Shown here: in pieces, positions 9,262-18,808 of the stretch
Layout of the letters: every line of letters begins with the position of its first letter
Numbering within the stretch: position 1 is the first letter of the stretch
Virus record (IMG/VR): IMGVR_UViG_3300028916_000007
Reading direction: 5' to 3' (one strand)
DNA: 40,159 nucleotides
From: a virus
Notes under the pieces: generated by a model
The model's input: only the letters and a program-made list of their open reading frames with translations
The model's database searches: none
Told to the model about the DNA's origin: nothing
Position numbers and translations under genes: made by a program

Positions 9262-12200
9262 CTTACCGGCACTGCTCCATTCAGTTTCAGTTGTTTCACT
9301 ACTCGATCCATTAGGGCATTAGTGACTTCCTTCCCATCCAGATACCAGCGGTGCTCTGTGTGATCTTCTATGACGATTGGCCGTGATCCTGCGCTACCCA
9401 ATCCGGCATCGGCGAGCGACAGGAACATTCGCGTGAGCTTGGCCGGAAGAATCAGCTCCGGCCCGGCCTCGCCTGCTATCACTTTCTGCGGTCCGTCGTC
9501 TATCAGTGCCCCACGAGCGGCGAAAATCCAGGGCAACTGATAGCCTCCGCCTCCACCGCCTCCACCAATGTAGCGATCATCCAAAGGCATGATCGAATCC
9601 CGAACGGCCCGATTGTAGTCAGGGCATCCGCCCCCCAATGGGCATGGGCCCGTAGTGGTCTGTCTGTATCCATTAGTTGACCAATCCCCGGTTGGCGCTA
9701 GCCAATCGTCATCGCCGCCGAAATTCCAATCCATGTACCCGCCGCCTCCGCCGCCACCGCCATATCCGCTATTGATGCTGGCATTGATGTTCACAGATAC
9801 ATTTATCTTGGCCAGTTCCGTTGCAATTTCAGTGCACGCCTCTTGTATCTGTGTCTGAGCTTCGGATAGATCTGTGAGCATCTGGTCCCAGGTTTCGGCC
9901 CACTTTGTAGCCCAGGCGGTGAGTGCGCCTTCTGCATTGAGAATCATCTGGTTTATCGCGTCAACCGTGCTCGTTCCGGCGTCCGTCATGGCGGATGTTA
10001 GTCCGGTTTTGACCTCATCTACATAGCCCGATATGCTCGGCCACATCTCTGAGAAGGCGGACTTCACACCTGTCAGTATCTCCTGGAAGGAAGTGATTGA
10101 AGTATTGCGGACATCGATGATGGCTTCCCAAGCGCTGTCGCGAAAAGTCGTAACCTCGGCAGTCAGCACTGTATTGATCTGCTTCCAATAGGTCGCGCCC
10201 TCGCTTTTGATTATGCCCCAGGATATCCTGAAGAAATCTTTCAGACTGTTTATGACTCGCTGCACCTGCTTGCTCATGCTGGCCAGGCCCGTGATGCTGA
10301 AATAAGCGGCCATCGCGTCAGGATCTACAGCGGCAGCAGTGCCACCGGTTGCCGTGCCCTCGGCGAAGCCCCTGACCCCATAGGCTCGCAAGGCTGCATA
10401 GAGCAGATCCCACCGCTTGGTTTTGGTGGGGATGACAAATTCGGGATTGGCTGGACCATCCTCACCAATGACGGCCAGCTCCGGCCCGCTGGTCACCGTT
10501 CCGCTGGCGTATAGGTGGCCGAACGGATTCTCTGTGAATAGTTTGGAAGCGGCTGAGCTTACGGCGCTGGCGGCGCTCCGAAGCGATCCCGCGCCCGTGC
10601 TCAGCGCGCTACCTGCATCCGATCCGCCCGACCTGATTGCGCTACCGGCGTTGTAGCTTTTTGTGAGGATGTCGGATGCCCCTAGGCTCAGCTTCGAGGC
10701 AGCGTTCCCGGCACCGTTCTGGATGGCAGAGCCTGCGTATGTGCCCTTGAGCTGAAAATCACTCGCAGCGGCATTAATCTTAGCGGCCAGAGCGGCTCCG
10801 GCACCGCCCGCGCTGGTCTGGATGGCTGAGCCTGCATACTGTATCTTGCTCTGCAGGCCACTGATAGCGGCGGATACCGCGCCGGAAAAGCTTGATCCGG
10901 CCACCTGCACGCGATCGTACAGGATTCCGCCAGCTTCGGCGAATCTCTGCTGAGCCACCTGGCCGATGATGGCTATTTCTCTGCCCGCGCTATCCAGGCC
11001 GATCCTGACGCTTCCCGCCCCTATCTCAGAGCCTATCTTGATGGCGTTGGCAGCTTCTTTTGATCCGCCGATGAGGGTACGATATAGCTCCTGCGCTGCT
11101 GATTTTTCGGTCGACGCGGCATCCTTCGCGGCTTCAGTTGTGGTGGCCGCTGCTTCTTCCGCAGCTTCCGTTTCGATCTCAGCTTCCTCCTCGGCAGCAG
11201 CGATCTCTATCTCTGCCGCTTCTTCTGCGGCGGTCTTGTGGGCTGCATCGTATTCGGCCTGGCCTTTGGCGAACTCTGCCATGATTGGCGCAAGGTCTTC
11301 GGGTCGTATGTATCCGTCTGGAGCGGACTCAGACAACAATTTTTTAGTACTTTCGAAGTTTGCTCCGGTCAATCCCATTTGGTATGCCCAATCTTTCGCA
11401 GATACATCGGGCACAACAGTTTTTATTTTTGGATCTTCCCACGGCTTGAGTTTATACTCGCCGTTCATCCAATAGCCTTTCATTTGGCCGCCGCCTGGAC
11501 CAACCGAACCCGATATGGATTTTATCTTTTCGGTGATGTCCTCGCCGGCGACTGTGGTCACAACGGTTACCGATCTGGTTTCACCATCTTCGGGCAGTGA
11601 ACTCCCGCCGAGCCAGTCCACCGTAGCGGCTATTGTGGTATCAAAGTCCGATGCTTCCCAAATGCCCTCTGCATCTTTTCGCCACTGGGTGGCCTGCTCG
11701 ATGATGCTATCCCCGGCCCCTTCCCATGCAGAGTTCATGGCTCCGCCGATGATCTCCAGGATGGCTGCGCCTATTGTGCCCTTTCCAGCAGTCAGAACGG
11801 TATTGGCGAAGCCTGTCACGAAATCGTAGGCCGCTTTGAGTGCCGTCTTCCCGAAGTCTATTGCAGAGTGGAATAGCGCCGAAAAATTGCTGCCTATTGA
11901 GCTGCCGTTGCTCTTCCAGTAGTCGGCGATCTTGTCATAGATCCATTTTCCAAGATCTACGACCCCCTTCACAACTGAATGAGCGAAGCTCTCGCCGAGC
12001 TTCTTCGGACCGTCCTCTGCTATCCAGCTATCCCATCCAGTCTTGATTTTCTCGTAGATTGACTTGGCATAGTCAGCAACTTTTCCGAGCCCGGCCTTGA
12101 TCTTGTCTCCAATCTCTTTTCCAGCCGTGGCAAAATCCACTGAGCTGATACCGGATTTGAATTCCGTCCAAAATTCTTTCAGCTTCGCTAGACCGGCCTT

Positions 12201-14729
12201 GATCTTCTCGGATATGGAGCTTCCGGCGCCGGACCAATCAGCCGAAGTCAGGTAGTCCCAGACCTTCTGCCCGATGTCAGCCAGGGCGGTGATCGCATCT
12301 CGAATAGCCTGCCCGATCTTGAAGCCGACCGTGCCCCAATCGATGCTATCAAAATATCCTAAGATGGTGCTGCCCACATCGGAGAGCTTCGCTATCGCAG
12401 CGTCCCAGGCAGATACCAGGGAGTCCCAGACTCCGCCCCAATCCACATTCTTGAAATCTTCGTACAGACCTTTGGCAATGTCGGACCCGAACGCGAAAGC
12501 AGATTTCAGAGCTTCCATCGCAGCCGTGCCCGCCGCGGCGGCATAGCCTTTCAGGGCTTCCCATCCGGTCCCAATGGCCTTGGCTATATCAGACCCAACA
12601 CCAGACCAGTTGATATTCTTGATATAGTCTACCGAGCTTGAAAACGCGGCCTTGAGTCGGGTAACTACCGCACTGAAATCACCCTTCTTGGCGGCCTCCC
12701 AACAATCGGATACTACCGATTTCAGGCCCTTCAGCGCGTTCGAACCAATTTTTCCCAGCGTGGTGAACTTCGATGGATCGGCGGCTAATCCAATCGCCGC
12801 CAGGCCTGCCCCGATGAGGAGCAGAGGAGCTGCCAGGGCGGCGGCCATACCAGCAACGGAAGCAACGACGCCCGTCACCATCGACGCGAATCCGGCCAAC
12901 GTCCCGGCGACCATAGCAGCTACAGACGCGAGTGCACCCGCTGCCATTTTCGCATATCCCGCCAGAGTGGCAGTTGTCATCGTGCTGAGTCGCAGGGCGG
13001 CATTCATGGCCATAGAACCGAATGCAGCCGCCACACTGGCAGCCATCGATAACGCTGAAGCCACTGCGCCCAAAGCCATAGCGGCAAACTTCCCTATGGT
13101 GCTGGTTGCCATCATGCCCATGTTGGCGGCAGCGGTAGCAGCCATCGTCGCATATCCTGCCAAGGTGATCTCGACTGTCAAGGCCATGCTAGCCACGGCA
13201 GCAAGCTTCATCGAAAGCCAGGAAGCAATAGCCTGCGCCTTCATGGATGCCCAGGAAGATACTGACGCTGCCACCATCGAGGCAAAGCCAGATACGTGAG
13301 CGGCTACCATAGCAGCGATAGAAGCTGCTGTACCCGCCACCATTGCCGCCGCAGAGGCCACGACACCAGCTGCCATCGAGGCAGCGACGGGGATCAGGGA
13401 TGCTAAGCCCGCCGCAAATACCGCTATTCCTGCCCCTGTAGCAAGCCCTGCTACAGCGGATTTGATTTTTTCCACCGTAATCCCTATCTGAGCGCCGGCT
13501 GCTGAGAAATCGCCTGCTGATAGAGCTTCGATGAAAGAGCGGATGGCAGGTGCGCCCTCTGCTGAAAACCATTCGAAAGCGCTCTTCAGAGTCGGAGCGA
13601 GCTTGCCGCCGATCAGGTAGGCCAGTGAGGAGGCCGCACCCATGGCGGCGTCTAGAGAGCCGCCCAATTTATCAAGCATGAACTTGGCCATTGTCTCTGC
13701 GGCGCCGCCGCAGTTGAGCAGACCCTGCCGAAACTTCTCGATCTGATCGGTATTGGATGCCAGACTGTAGAGCAATCCGCCTTCGGCACCAAATATTTTC
13801 GTGAATGCGGAAAGTCCTTGCCCAGAAGCATCTGCCTGACTTTCCATCTTTGCCAGGATGTCCACAAAATCATTGCTCCTGGGATCTACATCTGCCATGG
13901 ATAGGCCGATAGCATCCAGGCCATCGCTGAGCGATTGGGTGGGCGTGATCAGGGTATTGATCGCCCCCCTCAGAGCGGTTCCTGCCTTTTCGCCCTTGAT
14001 GTTTGACTGACTAAATGTTTCAAGGCAGGCGGTCAAGGTCTCAAAACCGACATTTGCGACACTGGCGACTGGCCCGGCCTGTTGCATGGCATAATTCAGG
14101 TCGCCCATCCCGGCGGCCGAAGCACCACATGCAGTAGTGTAGACATCAGCGATATGGCCGAGATCCTCAACTCCCTTGCCGAAGGTATTCATGGCGGCGA
14201 GGGCCATGTCCGCGGAATCCCCCAGATCATAGTTCGTCGCGGTTGCTAGAGCCAACACGGGCGCGAGATCTTCCGCGCTTGCCGTGGCCACATCGAAGCC
14301 TTGAGCTGCGAGATTGGCGCAAGCCTGGGCTATTTGGGTAGGATCGAATGCGTTTGTGTTGAGCTGGCCCAACTCATCAGCCAGGCCCATCACGTGCTCC
14401 TTCACGCCGGTGAAAGCCTCCTCCATCGACTTGCCACTGGCTTGGGCGATGGCCGAGAGATCCATCTTGGAAGCGGCATCGGCGGCGGCAGATTCGATGT
14501 CCATATAGGTCTTGACACCCACAGTGGCCACGCCAACAAGAGCCGCACCGGCAGCGACCGCTCCGGTAGTCAGAGCCGAGCCGATAGCAGAGCCTACGCT
14601 CTTGGCCTTGCCTTCCATAGCATCCACTGCACTGGAAAACTTGGATTTGGCGCCAGACAACCCAGAGTCTAGCTTAGAGTCATCCAGGCCCAGTGTGGCG
14701 TATGCGCTCCCGACTTCCGCTGATGGCAT
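9258..14729 (-). CDS. Tail tape measure protein
   Basis: 1823 aa and the largest ORF. It has a long Ala/Met/Ser-rich hydrophobic repeat region, repeated W/D-containing ~40-aa units, two GPE-x-VIGE-GPE-xxIP motifs and Gly8 runs near the C-terminus. It is preceded by a chaperone gene pair. Confidence 0.85.
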   Translation of the reverse strand: MPSAEVGSAYATLGLDDSKLDSGLSGAKSKFSSAVDAMEGKAKSVGSAIGSALTTGAVAAGAALVGVATVGVKTYMDIESAAADAASKMDLSAIAQASGKSMEEAFTGVKEHVMGLADELGQLNTNAFDPTQIAQACANLAAQGFDVATASAEDLAPVLALATATNYDLGDSADMALAAMNTFGKGVEDLGHIADVYTTACGASAAGMGDLNYAMQQAGPVASVANVGFETLTACLETFSQSNIKGEKAGTALRGAINTLITPTQSLSDGLDAIGLSMADVDPRSNDFVDILAKMESQADASGQGLSAFTKIFGAEGGLLYSLASNTDQIEKFRQGLLNCGGAAETMAKFMLDKLGGSLDAAMGAASSLAYLIGGKLAPTLKSAFEWFSAEGAPAIRSFIEALSAGDFSAAGAQIGITVEKIKSAVAGLATGAGIAVFAAGLASLIPVAASMAAGVVASAAAMVAGTAASIAAMVAAHVSGFASMVAASVSSWASMKAQAIASWLSMKLAAVASMALTVEITLAGYATMAATAAANMGMMATSTIGKFAAMALGAVASALSMAASVAAAFGSMAMNAALRLSTMTTATLAGYAKMAAGALASVAAMVAGTLAGFASMVTGVVASVAGMAAALAAPLLLIGAGLAAIGLAADPSKFTTLGKIGSNALKGLKSVVSDCWEAAKKGDFSAVVTRLKAAFSSSVDYIKNINWSGVGSDIAKAIGTGWEALKGYAAAAGTAAMEALKSAFAFGSDIAKGLYEDFKNVDWGGVWDSLVSAWDAAIAKLSDVGSTILGYFDSIDWGTVGFKIGQAIRDAITALADIGQKVWDYLTSADWSGAGSSISEKIKAGLAKLKEFWTEFKSGISSVDFATAGKEIGDKIKAGLGKVADYAKSIYEKIKTGWDSWIAEDGPKKLGESFAHSVVKGVVDLGKWIYDKIADYWKSNGSSIGSNFSALFHSAIDFGKTALKAAYDFVTGFANTVLTAGKGTIGAAILEIIGGAMNSAWEGAGDSIIEQATQWRKDAEGIWEASDFDTTIAATVDWLGGSSLPEDGETRSVTVVTTVAGEDITEKIKSISGSVGPGGGQMKGYWMNGEYKLKPWEDPKIKTVVPDVSAKDWAYQMGLTGANFESTKKLLSESAPDGYIRPEDLAPIMAEFAKGQAEYDAAHKTAAEEAAEIEIAAAEEEAEIETEAAEEAAATTTEAAKDAASTEKSAAQELYRTLIGGSKEAANAIKIGSEIGAGSVRIGLDSAGREIAIIGQVAQQRFAEAGGILYDRVQVAGSSFSGAVSAAISGLQSKIQYAGSAIQTSAGGAGAALAAKINAAASDFQLKGTYAGSAIQNGAGNAASKLSLGASDILTKSYNAGSAIRSGGSDAGSALSTGAGSLRSAASAVSSAASKLFTENPFGHLYASGTVTSGPELAVIGEDGPANPEFVIPTKTKRWDLLYAALRAYGVRGFAEGTATGGTAAAVDPDAMAAYFSITGLASMSKQVQRVINSLKDFFRISWGIIKSEGATYWKQINTVLTAEVTTFRDSAWEAIIDVRNTSITSFQEILTGVKSAFSEMWPSISGYVDEVKTGLTSAMTDAGTSTVDAINQMILNAEGALTAWATKWAETWDQMLTDLSEAQTQIQEACTEIATELAKINVSVNINASINSGYGGGGGGGGYMDWNFGGDDDWLAPTGDWSTNGYRQTTTGPCPLGGGCPDYNRAVRDSIMPLDDRYIGGGGGGGGYQLPWIFAARGALIDDGPQKVIAGEAGPELILPAKLTRMFLSLADAGLGSAGSRPIVIEDHTEHRWYLDGKEVTNALMDRVVKQLKLNGAVPVR

Positions 14730-14787
14730 TATTTCTCCTAAAATATATTTCTAATAAATCTATGATCGTTAACAATACAAATAAAAT

Positions 14788-15045
14788 TCAAAAGTGGCCA
14801 AGGGCTTTCGCTGTATTGATCGCCTTGGCCGTTTTGGAATCTACTTTCTGTTTTTTTGTGACCGGATCGGTCTCTGGATAGAAGCGTTCGAATTGTGGCG
14901 CATGGGCCGGATCATGCCAGATCCAGCCTAGCTGATTGACCAGGCGGTAATCTCTGACGGCCTGGTCTCGCCTGGCATCGTTGTAGGCTTCTATCTTCCA
15001 GTTGATTTCCACTGGGGTGGATCGAAGGAAGGCCTCCGCATCCAT
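14788..15045 (-). CDS. Tail assembly chaperone, gpT-like position
   Basis: 85-aa ORF lying in the -1 frame relative to 15057-15614 and directly upstream of the tape measure. Confidence 0.4.
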   Translation of the reverse strand: MDAEAFLRSTPVEINWKIEAYNDARRDQAVRDYRLVNQLGWIWHDPAHAPQFERFYPETDPVTKKQKVDSKTAKAINTAKALGHF

Positions 15046-15056
15046 CCCCAGGAGGC

Positions 15057-15614
15057 CTATGCAGAGCTTTGGGGTTTCTCGGGTCCAGTCGTCCCAGGTC
15101 CAAGTCCCTCTTCCGCCAGTTTCTTGGCCGCCCTGGCCTGAGCCAGAATCCGAGCCTCGTTGATCAGGGAGTACTCTTCCACTTTCTTCTCGTGGCTCTT
15201 CTCCGCTGCTTCCTCCTGGGCCTTCTTCCCCTTCTCCTGGAGCTTTTTTGCGGACGCTCCCAAGACGTTGAGAGCCAGCGCATCAGCCAGCAGCTCCATG
15301 AGGGCTTCCTGCTTTTCGCCTGCATCGGCTTCTCCCTGCTCCAGGTACTCTTGTCTGAGATCGGCGGCCTGGTCGAAGTCGATCTTTTGGACGCCAGAAC
15401 CGTCCCACTCCAGGCCTTTCTCTATGAGGTAGATTTGGACATCCATATCTACCATTAGATCGAGGATCTGTATAGGGCTCTGGAAGCGCTTGACCTTGTG
15501 CCCTTCTGGCAGGAATCGCTTAGGTCCGTTGTTCCTGATGTCCTGCTGCTGCTTGTTCGTATATCTCAACTGGAATTCCTTGTCGCCTACGGCGAACGAT
15601 GTAGATACTGCCAT
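15057..15614 (-). CDS. Tail assembly chaperone, gpG-like position
   Basis: 185 aa with an acidic/charged helical C-terminus. Positioned between the tube genes and the tape measure. GAGGGAG SD and a TATA-like ttaatatatta lie upstream. Confidence 0.5.
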   Translation of the reverse strand: MAVSTSFAVGDKEFQLRYTNKQQQDIRNNGPKRFLPEGHKVKRFQSPIQILDLMVDMDVQIYLIEKGLEWDGSGVQKIDFDQAADLRQEYLEQGEADAGEKQEALMELLADALALNVLGASAKKLQEKGKKAQEEAAEKSHEKKVEEYSLINEARILAQARAAKKLAEEGLGPGTTGPEKPQSSA

Positions 15615-15734
15615 ATTTTTCAGCTCCCTCTAATATATTAACTGATTATTATCAATACGTTTCTGCCATAAAAAGTATAGCTGAGGGAGCCCGGTCAGGC
15701 CCGGTCAGGCCATCATCCCGGATTCCCTCAAATA

Positions 15735-15920
15735 CTAAATGCGACGCATCACGTTTCGCATTACCGCATCGGTTAGCCTTTTTGAATCGATCACGATCTC
15801 CGGTTTGCTGTCTTGATTTCCAAACTTGATCGGATACGAAATATATCCGCCGCATGCCGATGGGTCTAATATATTCGCCCAACGACGCATTGGTCTAGCC
15901 ATCCATGTTCTCATAGCCAC
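15735..15920 (-). CDS. Hypothetical small protein (uncertain)
   Basis: 61-aa ORF starting 2 nt after the stop of 15922-16932. It competes with the overlapping 76-aa ORF 15652-15882. Confidence 0.2.
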   Translation of the reverse strand: MAMRTWMARPMRRWANILDPSACGGYISYPIKFGNQDSKPEIVIDSKRLTDAVMRNVMRRI

Positions 15921-15921
15921 C

Positions 15922-16932
15922 TCAGTTCACGACATGCCAAAGCGGATACTTCGCCCCGACGACAGACAGGCCAGCCTTCAGCAGATCTGCCGGGCCGCCC
16001 TGCCAGTCTATCGATTCGATCTTCCCGAAGCCGACGAACATATCCCCGGTGCTGATGTAGTCCCCGTAGAACCTGAAGGCTACAACTTCACCCTGTAGGG
16101 CGTCGAAGTCGATCTCATCCAGGCCGCCTGCAAGGGTGTACGGGCCAGAATCGGCCACCACACCTGAGCCATTTTCACCAGAGACGAGCTCCGCCCTCAT
16201 CCCGAGGGCCCGGAAATCTGCGTTGTTGTTGAGGGCCGCCACTACTTCCAGAGCGGTGCTGATAGGACTCCCCATGTCGGTATCGAGAATGACGACGATA
16301 TCATCATCAGTCACCGATACCGAAAGTGCGGCTGCGTCCGTGTCCTGGAAGTCGATGGTAGCGCCGTTCCCCGCCAGGCCACCGGGTTCGTGAATCACCC
16401 TGACGTGGCTATTGGCCACGCCGCCAGAGCTGGATATCTCAGCGCACTCCTTCCCGTAGAAACATGAGAGCGAGCTGCTCCAGTCCTGGATAGTGCCCTT
16501 CCTGGCCACGGCAGTATTGCCGAAGATCGTGCATTCCTGAGTGGTGCGCTTTTTGGTGAGCTTATTTTCAGCACAACCGAGTAGCACGGTAGGCGTGAGG
16601 TACTTCCCGCTCAGGCATTGGACGGTATCGTCACTATTGAGCGGCGTTGTAATCTCGATGTAGCCAGCGCCGTACCAGACGGTGTAGCCGGAAGCGGCGA
16701 TCGTGACCCAATCGCCAGCACCGTGCACCTTTTTCTGGATTACAGGCGCAGCGGTATCGATCATGATCCGCTTTGCAGCGGCAGTGATTCGGTAGATTGT
16801 GTATCGAGGCTTGAAGCTCCAGCGGGCCGTGTAGAGATTGACCTCTTGCATGGCCTCGCTGGAGTAGTTGCTCTCCGATCCGGCCCCGTGCAGCACCTGC
16901 ACGTATGAGCCGGGCAAAGGATTGAGGCTCAT
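15922..16932 (-). CDS. Major tail / tail-shaft associated protein (positional call)
   Basis: 336-aa ORF between the small tube-like protein and the chaperones. No diagnostic motif recognised. Confidence 0.4.
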   Translation of the reverse strand: MSLNPLPGSYVQVLHGAGSESNYSSEAMQEVNLYTARWSFKPRYTIYRITAAAKRIMIDTAAPVIQKKVHGAGDWVTIAASGYTVWYGAGYIEITTPLNSDDTVQCLSGKYLTPTVLLGCAENKLTKKRTTQECTIFGNTAVARKGTIQDWSSSLSCFYGKECAEISSSGGVANSHVRVIHEPGGLAGNGATIDFQDTDAAALSVSVTDDDIVVILDTDMGSPISTALEVVAALNNNADFRALGMRAELVSGENGSGVVADSGPYTLAGGLDEIDFDALQGEVVAFRFYGDYISTGDMFVGFGKIESIDWQGGPADLLKAGLSVVGAKYPLWHVVN

Positions 16933-16941
16933 GATCTAGCC

Positions 16942-17322
16942 TCAGCTAATGACGATTCCACCGGACACGGAGAGAGAAACCTCCATGGTCTGCTCATCGC
17001 CAGGCCCTCCTGGGAACGAGAGCTGCGATACTCCGGCAGTGGCGGTGAATGTCATGCTGCCCTTGGTGATGACGTATTGTACCTGAGTATTATTCTGGTC
17101 ACTGGTGATGATCGCCTGCTGACCGGTATCTGCCGGATCATAGACGAATGTCAGGCTCAGATCGGCATCTTCTAGCAGGCCCATCCGGCGAACGGCGCTG
17201 TCATTGTCCACCGTGATCTCTTTCTGATTCCGCTTCTTGACGGGCTTGGCGTCCTTGAGCCCCAGTGCAGTAGTTCCGCCAACCGTTACGCCCAGACTTG
17301 CCCTTTCGGGTGCTAGTACCAT
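16942..17322 (-). CDS. Small tail-tube-like protein, paralogue of 22692-23081
   Basis: 126 aa, directly after the tail terminator-like gene. About 60% identity by eye with 22692-23081 over a ~78-aa gapless core (KRNQKEITVDNDSAVRRMGLLEDADLSLTF vs KRTQKEIIVDDDDVVRRMGTLQDADLSLTL). Confidence 0.45.
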   Translation of the reverse strand: MVLAPERASLGVTVGGTTALGLKDAKPVKKRNQKEITVDNDSAVRRMGLLEDADLSLTFVYDPADTGQQAIITSDQNNTQVQYVITKGSMTFTATAGVSQLSFPGGPGDEQTMEVSLSVSGGIVIS

Positions 17323-17336
17323 ATTTGTATCATCTC

Positions 17337-17693
17337 CTATGTGCTACGTGTTACTTTGAACTCTATTGAGAAAATATGCAGGCCGTTGTCGTCAATCCAA
17401 TAATCCGGCGCCCTTCCATCCCAAATGCAAGTGACCGTTCCAGATATCGCTTCGCTCTTGTGGAGCAGATTCTTGATGGCCTGCGCCCTTGCTTCCACTG
17501 TGGCCAGATCTGCATCCCGCACTTGAATCTGGACGTTGGGCTTCTCGATGTCTCCGCCGCTCACGATATAGGCAGAGCCACCGCCTGGAATGATGCAGAT
17601 TTGAGGGATGGTCGAGCTGTCGAACCGGTAGGCCCTGAGGTTGCTGTATCCGGCAGCAGTCAGGACGGCGGCGATATCAGAAGCAAACGTCAT
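17337..17693 (-). CDS. Tail terminator / tail completion-like protein
   Basis: 118 aa. Size, position upstream of the tube genes and general resemblance to gpU/DUF3168-type proteins. Confidence 0.45.
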   Translation of the reverse strand: MTFASDIAAVLTAAGYSNLRAYRFDSSTIPQICIIPGGGSAYIVSGGDIEKPNVQIQVRDADLATVEARAQAIKNLLHKSEAISGTVTCIWDGRAPDYWIDDNGLHIFSIEFKVTRST

Positions 17694-17932
17694 ACCAGAT
17701 ACACCACCCGCATTGAGTCATTGAGCCGGATGATCTCCCCATTGAACTCCTCTGCATACGCATTTCCAGAATCGTTGAACGCTGTCCTCGCCAGGATCAC
17801 AATCTTATGGGGAGGGGGGGCTACATTGGGAGGCTGAGCGTCATCAGGGCCCGCCTCATCCAGTATCGTCAGACCGAACCCCAGCACCGCCGTAAGCGAT
17901 GCCAGGATGGTCAGGCCTTCTTTCCAGTTCAT
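17690..17932 (-). CDS. Small membrane protein (N-terminal TM helix)
   Basis: 80 aa. LTILASLTAVLGFGLTIL is a TM segment, followed by a Pro-rich linker. ATGA-type overlaps on both sides. Confidence 0.5.
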   Translation of the reverse strand: MNWKEGLTILASLTAVLGFGLTILDEAGPDDAQPPNVAPPPHKIVILARTAFNDSGNAYAEEFNGEIIRLNDSMRVVYLV

Positions 17933-18600
17933 ATTGTCGCATTCTCCGGGATGAGCTTCGCGGGGCCTACACTGGCGGGCAGTGCATCCGAAAACGTAGC
18001 GCAGAAGCCGAGCCAGTCCTCTGGCGTCTTGATCGGCTCCGAGACATTCAGATATGAGCGGAGGATGTACTCGCCTGCCGCGTCCATCTCAGTTTCAGTC
18101 AGAGGCTTGCCAGTCTGACCATTGATGATCCTGCCTCGGAAGGTGGCATTTCCGTCCATGAGCACCAGGGAGTCCAGGCTTTGCACGCCGGTTTCCATGC
18201 TCACGGTAGACTCACCGCTGCCGGAGAAATCGCCGCTGATCTTGGTGGCCTGATAGGTATGCTTGTATCCGGCACCCGATGCCTTCACGACATATTGATC
18301 TTTGTAGCCGCCCTTGGCACCGGATACTATGAAACTGGTTGAAAATGTTTGAGCACTTTCGTTCTGCCAATCCCGGCTCATCTCATAGGCGATCACGCCG
18401 CCGTCGCTCATGGCCCGGTCAGAAGCCGATTTGCTGTAGCTGCTGTGATCGAATTGGCCGATGCCTGAGAACTTCTCCTCGATTAGGTTGGCCTGGCCCG
18501 ATTCGCCGATGGCTATCACCGCCAATATGAGGCAGATGAATGCAAGAAAGCAGGAAGCGTAGAAATACTTTCGAATGTCGTTGGGCGTGAAAAGTTTCAT
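17929..18600 (-). CDS. Membrane-anchored extracytoplasmic protein
   Basis: The ATG at 18600 is preceded by GGAGG with 4-nt spacing. The N-terminus MKLFTPNDIRKYFYASCFLAFICLILAVIAIG is a TM anchor. The track start at 18663 would overlap the upstream gene by 44 nt. Confidence 0.5.
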   Translation of the reverse strand: MKLFTPNDIRKYFYASCFLAFICLILAVIAIGESGQANLIEEKFSGIGQFDHSSYSKSASDRAMSDGGVIAYEMSRDWQNESAQTFSTSFIVSGAKGGYKDQYVVKASGAGYKHTYQATKISGDFSGSGESTVSMETGVQSLDSLVLMDGNATFRGRIINGQTGKPLTETEMDAAGEYILRSYLNVSEPIKTPEDWLGFCATFSDALPASVGPAKLIPENATI

Positions 18601-18619
18601 TCTGCCTCCGTTGGCAGGA

Positions 18620-18808
18620 TCAGTGATTCTCGATGGCGTTCTGGCAGGATTTGAGTGCTTCACGGGTTTGCTGAAGTTCGCTCTGGAGTTTCAGGTTCTC
18701 AGATCGCGTTTTCTGCAGCTCTTCCGTGAGCGGCCCCACTTCCCGGAATTTCAGTGCCAGCCAACAGAAGGCTAGAGCGAGCACAATCAGGGCTATGATA
18801 GTCCACAT
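18620..18808 (-). CDS. Small membrane protein with TM helix plus coiled coil
   Basis: 62 aa. MWTIIALIVLALAFCWLAL is a TM segment, followed by the heptad-like ELQKTRSENLKLQSELQQTREAL. Confidence 0.5.
   Translation of the reverse strand: MWTIIALIVLALAFCWLALKFREVGPLTEELQKTRSENLKLQSELQQTREALKSCQNAIENH

Noticed and set aside
9655-14754. Numerous plus-strand ORFs (60-215 aa) inside the tape measure gene
   Set aside because: They are antisense to an uninterrupted 1823-aa ORF. Their Ala/Ser/Pro-rich composition mirrors the GC-rich codons of the sense strand.
14912-15103. 63-aa ORF overlapping the junction of the two chaperone ORFs (+1 frame)
   Set aside because: Pro/Gly/Arg-rich low-complexity translation with a non-ATG start. 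The -1-frame ORF 14788-15045 fits the expected gpT-like position better.
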